From: Welwitschia mirabilis
Lineage: Eukaryota
NCBI GenBank assembly: GCA_051453625.1
Contig: JBOZIK010000001.1
Coordinates: forward strand, 4,869,998 to 4,907,644
Reading direction: 5' to 3'
DNA length: 37,647 nucleotides
The notes under the pieces are model-generated. The model was not told the DNA's origin. It ran no database searches and saw only the letters and a program-made list of their open reading frames with translations. The translations under genes and the position numbers were made by a program. The first letter of the stretch is position 1. Each line of letters starts with the position of its first letter. Shown one piece after another: positions 35,405 through 37,647 of the stretch.

Positions 35405-37005
35405 TGTTATGCTACTAACTTATATATATTTGATAAAGTATTNNNNNNNNNNNNNNNNNNNNNNNNNNNNNNNNNNNNNNNNNNNNNNNNNNNNNNNNNN
35501 NNNNNNNNNNNNNNNNNNNNNNNNNNNNNNNNNNNNNNCCTTTTATAACATTTAATGTAGTTTATAATATTTTCTATTTTAAAGTAAAATTTTGTAAACA
35601 TTAAGGTTAATGCATCACATGAATACTTGTAAAAAGCCTATTGTCCATATCATCATTTGGATAACTATACAGATGATAGAACACTTAAACTAAAAAGGAT
35701 GCTGAATAAAATCAATCTGATAGATAATATAAAATTCTTATGAGATGGCATTGTCTCTTATATTATTTAGATGATCTATAAGATAATATTTAAAATAATG
35801 CTTCATTAAGGTTCACCTAAGTTTGGTATTTTGTCTTTATGTTCCTTTTATGGTTGTTAGGGTTTTACTCATGCTCATTAGTCTTCTTTGTTTGTGAGTC
35901 TATTTTTATTAATAAATATTGATTATGTTCTTTACTCTTATTTATCTTCATTTGCAATAAAAATTCTTCTAACAGGAGATTAAAGGAATAGAAATCCATA
36001 TTTCTTATGGCAAGAGAAATCTTCCTTAATATTGGGATGTGTATCCTCCATTGAGGTGTNNNNNNNNNNNNNNNNNNNNNNNNNNNNNNNNNNNNNNNNN
36101 NNNNNNNNNNNNNNNNNNNNNNNNNNNNNNNNNNNNNNNNNNNNNNNNNNNNNNNNNNNATTTTAAAGTAAAATTTTATAAACATTAAGGTTAATGCATT
36201 ACATGAATACTTGTAAAAAGCCTATTGTCCATATCATCATCTGGATAACTGTACGGATGATAGAACACTTAAACCAAAAAGGATGCTGAATAAAATCAAT
36301 CCGATAGATAACATGAAATTCTTATGAGATGGCATTGTCTCTTATATTATTTGGATGATCTATAGGATAATATTTAAAATAATGCTTCATCAAGGTTCAC
36401 CTAAGTTTGGCCTTTTGTCTTTAGGTTCCTTTTACAGTTGTTAGGGTTTTACCCATGCTCATTAGTCTTCTTTGTTTGTGAGTCTATTTTTGTTAATAAA
36501 TATCGATTATGTTCTTTACTTTTATTTATCTTCATTTGCAATAAAAATTCTTCTAACAGGAGATTGAAGGAATAGAAATCCATATTTCTTATTGCAAGAG
36601 ACATCTTCCTTAATATTGGGATGTGTATCCTCCATTGAGGTGTTGCTCCTTTGTAATATGGGTATTCATTTGAATCTAATTCANNNNNNNNNNNNNNNNN
36701 NNNNNNNGCTTAATTTATGCATATCCCTTATAGTTTATGTTACTTCTAAACCTGTGATAGTTTCTTTAGTGATATATATTATAAGGGTAGCCTTTATTAA
36801 GGTTAAGCATTATTAGCGTAGGTGCATTGTCTTTTATTTCCTATATTAACTTTGCATAGTTTTATATTCTGTTCAACATACCTAACAGTTTAGGTTGGTC
36901 TTATTTTAGTGATGGCATTTCTTAATTGATTTATGTTATATAGGATTGATCTCTATGATAAGTTGATCTGGTAATCAGATGGAAGTTGCACTTATCTTAG
37001 ATTTA
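35405..37005 (+). repeat. 3' LTR of family B (copy 2; contains gap-flanking duplicate 35575-36059/36160-36642)
   Basis: Colinear with 20622-21635, e.g. gttgatctggtaatcaga(c/t)ggaagtt at ~21593 and ~36962. Confidence 0.85.
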
Positions 37006-37392
37006 NNNNNNNNNNNNNNNNNNNNNNNNNNNNNNNNNNNNNNNNNNNNNNNNNNNNNNNNNNNNNNNNNNNNNNNNNNNNNNNNNNNNNNNNNNNNNNN
37101 NNNNNNNNNNNNNNNNNNNNNNNNNNNNNNNNNNNNNNNNNNNNNNNNNNNNNNNNNNNNNNNNNNNNNNNNNNNNNNNNNNNNNNNNNNNNNNNNNNNN
37201 NNNNNNNNNNNNNNNNNNNNNNNNNNNNNNNNNNNNNNNNNNNNNNNNNNNNNNNNNNNNNNNNNNNNNNNNNNNNNNNNNNNNNNNNNNNNNNNNNNNN
37301 NNNNNNNNNNNNNNNNNNNNNNNNNNNNNNNNNNNNNNNNNNNNNNNNNNNNNNNNNNNNNNNNNNNNNNNNNNNNNNNNNNNNNNNNNNNN

Positions 37393-37647
37393 TCCCATCT
37401 CCACCAATACGCATGAGCACATGATAGATCAGGGTAGTCTGTGTGAGTGGCATAGGACATAATTAGACATAAACTATGCAGGAATGTAATATTCAACTCA
37501 AATACAAAAGTGTATCATAACATATGAAATAACATGTCATCAAAACATGTTACTCATGCAAATACATATATAAGCATCAATAGCTATGTCTGAAAATATA
37601 GGAGACAGCCAGTCAGAACTCTCGAAATCACAATAACCATTCCTAAT
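37393..37647. other. Unassigned non-coding repeat-like fragment; not the expected end of the family-B LTR
   Basis: No similarity seen to 22257-22500, which should follow if the LTR simply continued. Confidence 0.3.

Larger units (their letters stand above)
20622..37005 (+). mobile_element. Element B: near full-length Athila-like (non-chromovirus) Ty3/gypsy element with env-like ORF; 3' part probably a mosaic of two family copies
   Basis: 5' LTR 20622-22500, PBS, gag-pol remnants, env-like remnant, PPT and 3' LTR homologous to the 5' LTR. The 3' LTR runs into a gap at 37006. Confidence 0.88.

Noticed and set aside
21103..36816. Hydrophobic ORFs 21103-21408 and 36592-36816 that resemble each other
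   Set aside because: They lie at homologous positions of the two T-rich LTRs, have non-ATG starts, and show no sign of coding function.
791..37496. Long ORFs made mostly of X (e.g. 12295-12681, 21606-22383, 27607-28062, 28714-29241, 36975-37496)
   Set aside because: Artefacts of translating through N-gaps.
1..37647. Fungal RIP as the cause of the C>T excess, or a species assignment
   Set aside because: SIRE and Athila lineages indicate a plant, and methylcytosine deamination is sufficient. The species cannot be determined from this sequence.

Overview
AT-rich, strongly CpG-depleted eukaryotic (land-plant-type) intergenic or heterochromatic DNA from a fragmented draft assembly with many ~100-N gaps. 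I find no intact host gene, RNA gene or CRISPR array. The window is a nest of decayed LTR retrotransposons: (A) the 3' end and 3' LTR of an Athila-like Ty3/gypsy element (1-3773, +), inserted into (S1) a SIRE/Maximus Ty1/copia element just after its protease motif (3774-6314, -); (S2) a second, diverged SIRE 5' fragment with PBS and LTR (6415-~8352, -); unresolved LTR-like DNA (~8350-11150); (C) an Athila element with a decayed gag-PR-RT-RH-INT (~11150-20621, +); and (B) a near-complete Athila-like element related to A (LTR 20622-22500, PBS, gag-pol, env-like ORF ~32470-34030, PPT and 3' LTR from 34593/35405). All ORFs are pseudogenised, mostly by C>T/G>A changes. Many apparent tandem duplications flank 100-N gaps and look like unmerged haplotype or paralogue overlaps. 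I see no convincing new biological system. The most interesting points are the env-like ORF missed by the ORF track, the RT of element B lacking the Athila-type loop insertion, and the apparent loss of env in relative A. Identity figures are by-eye estimates.
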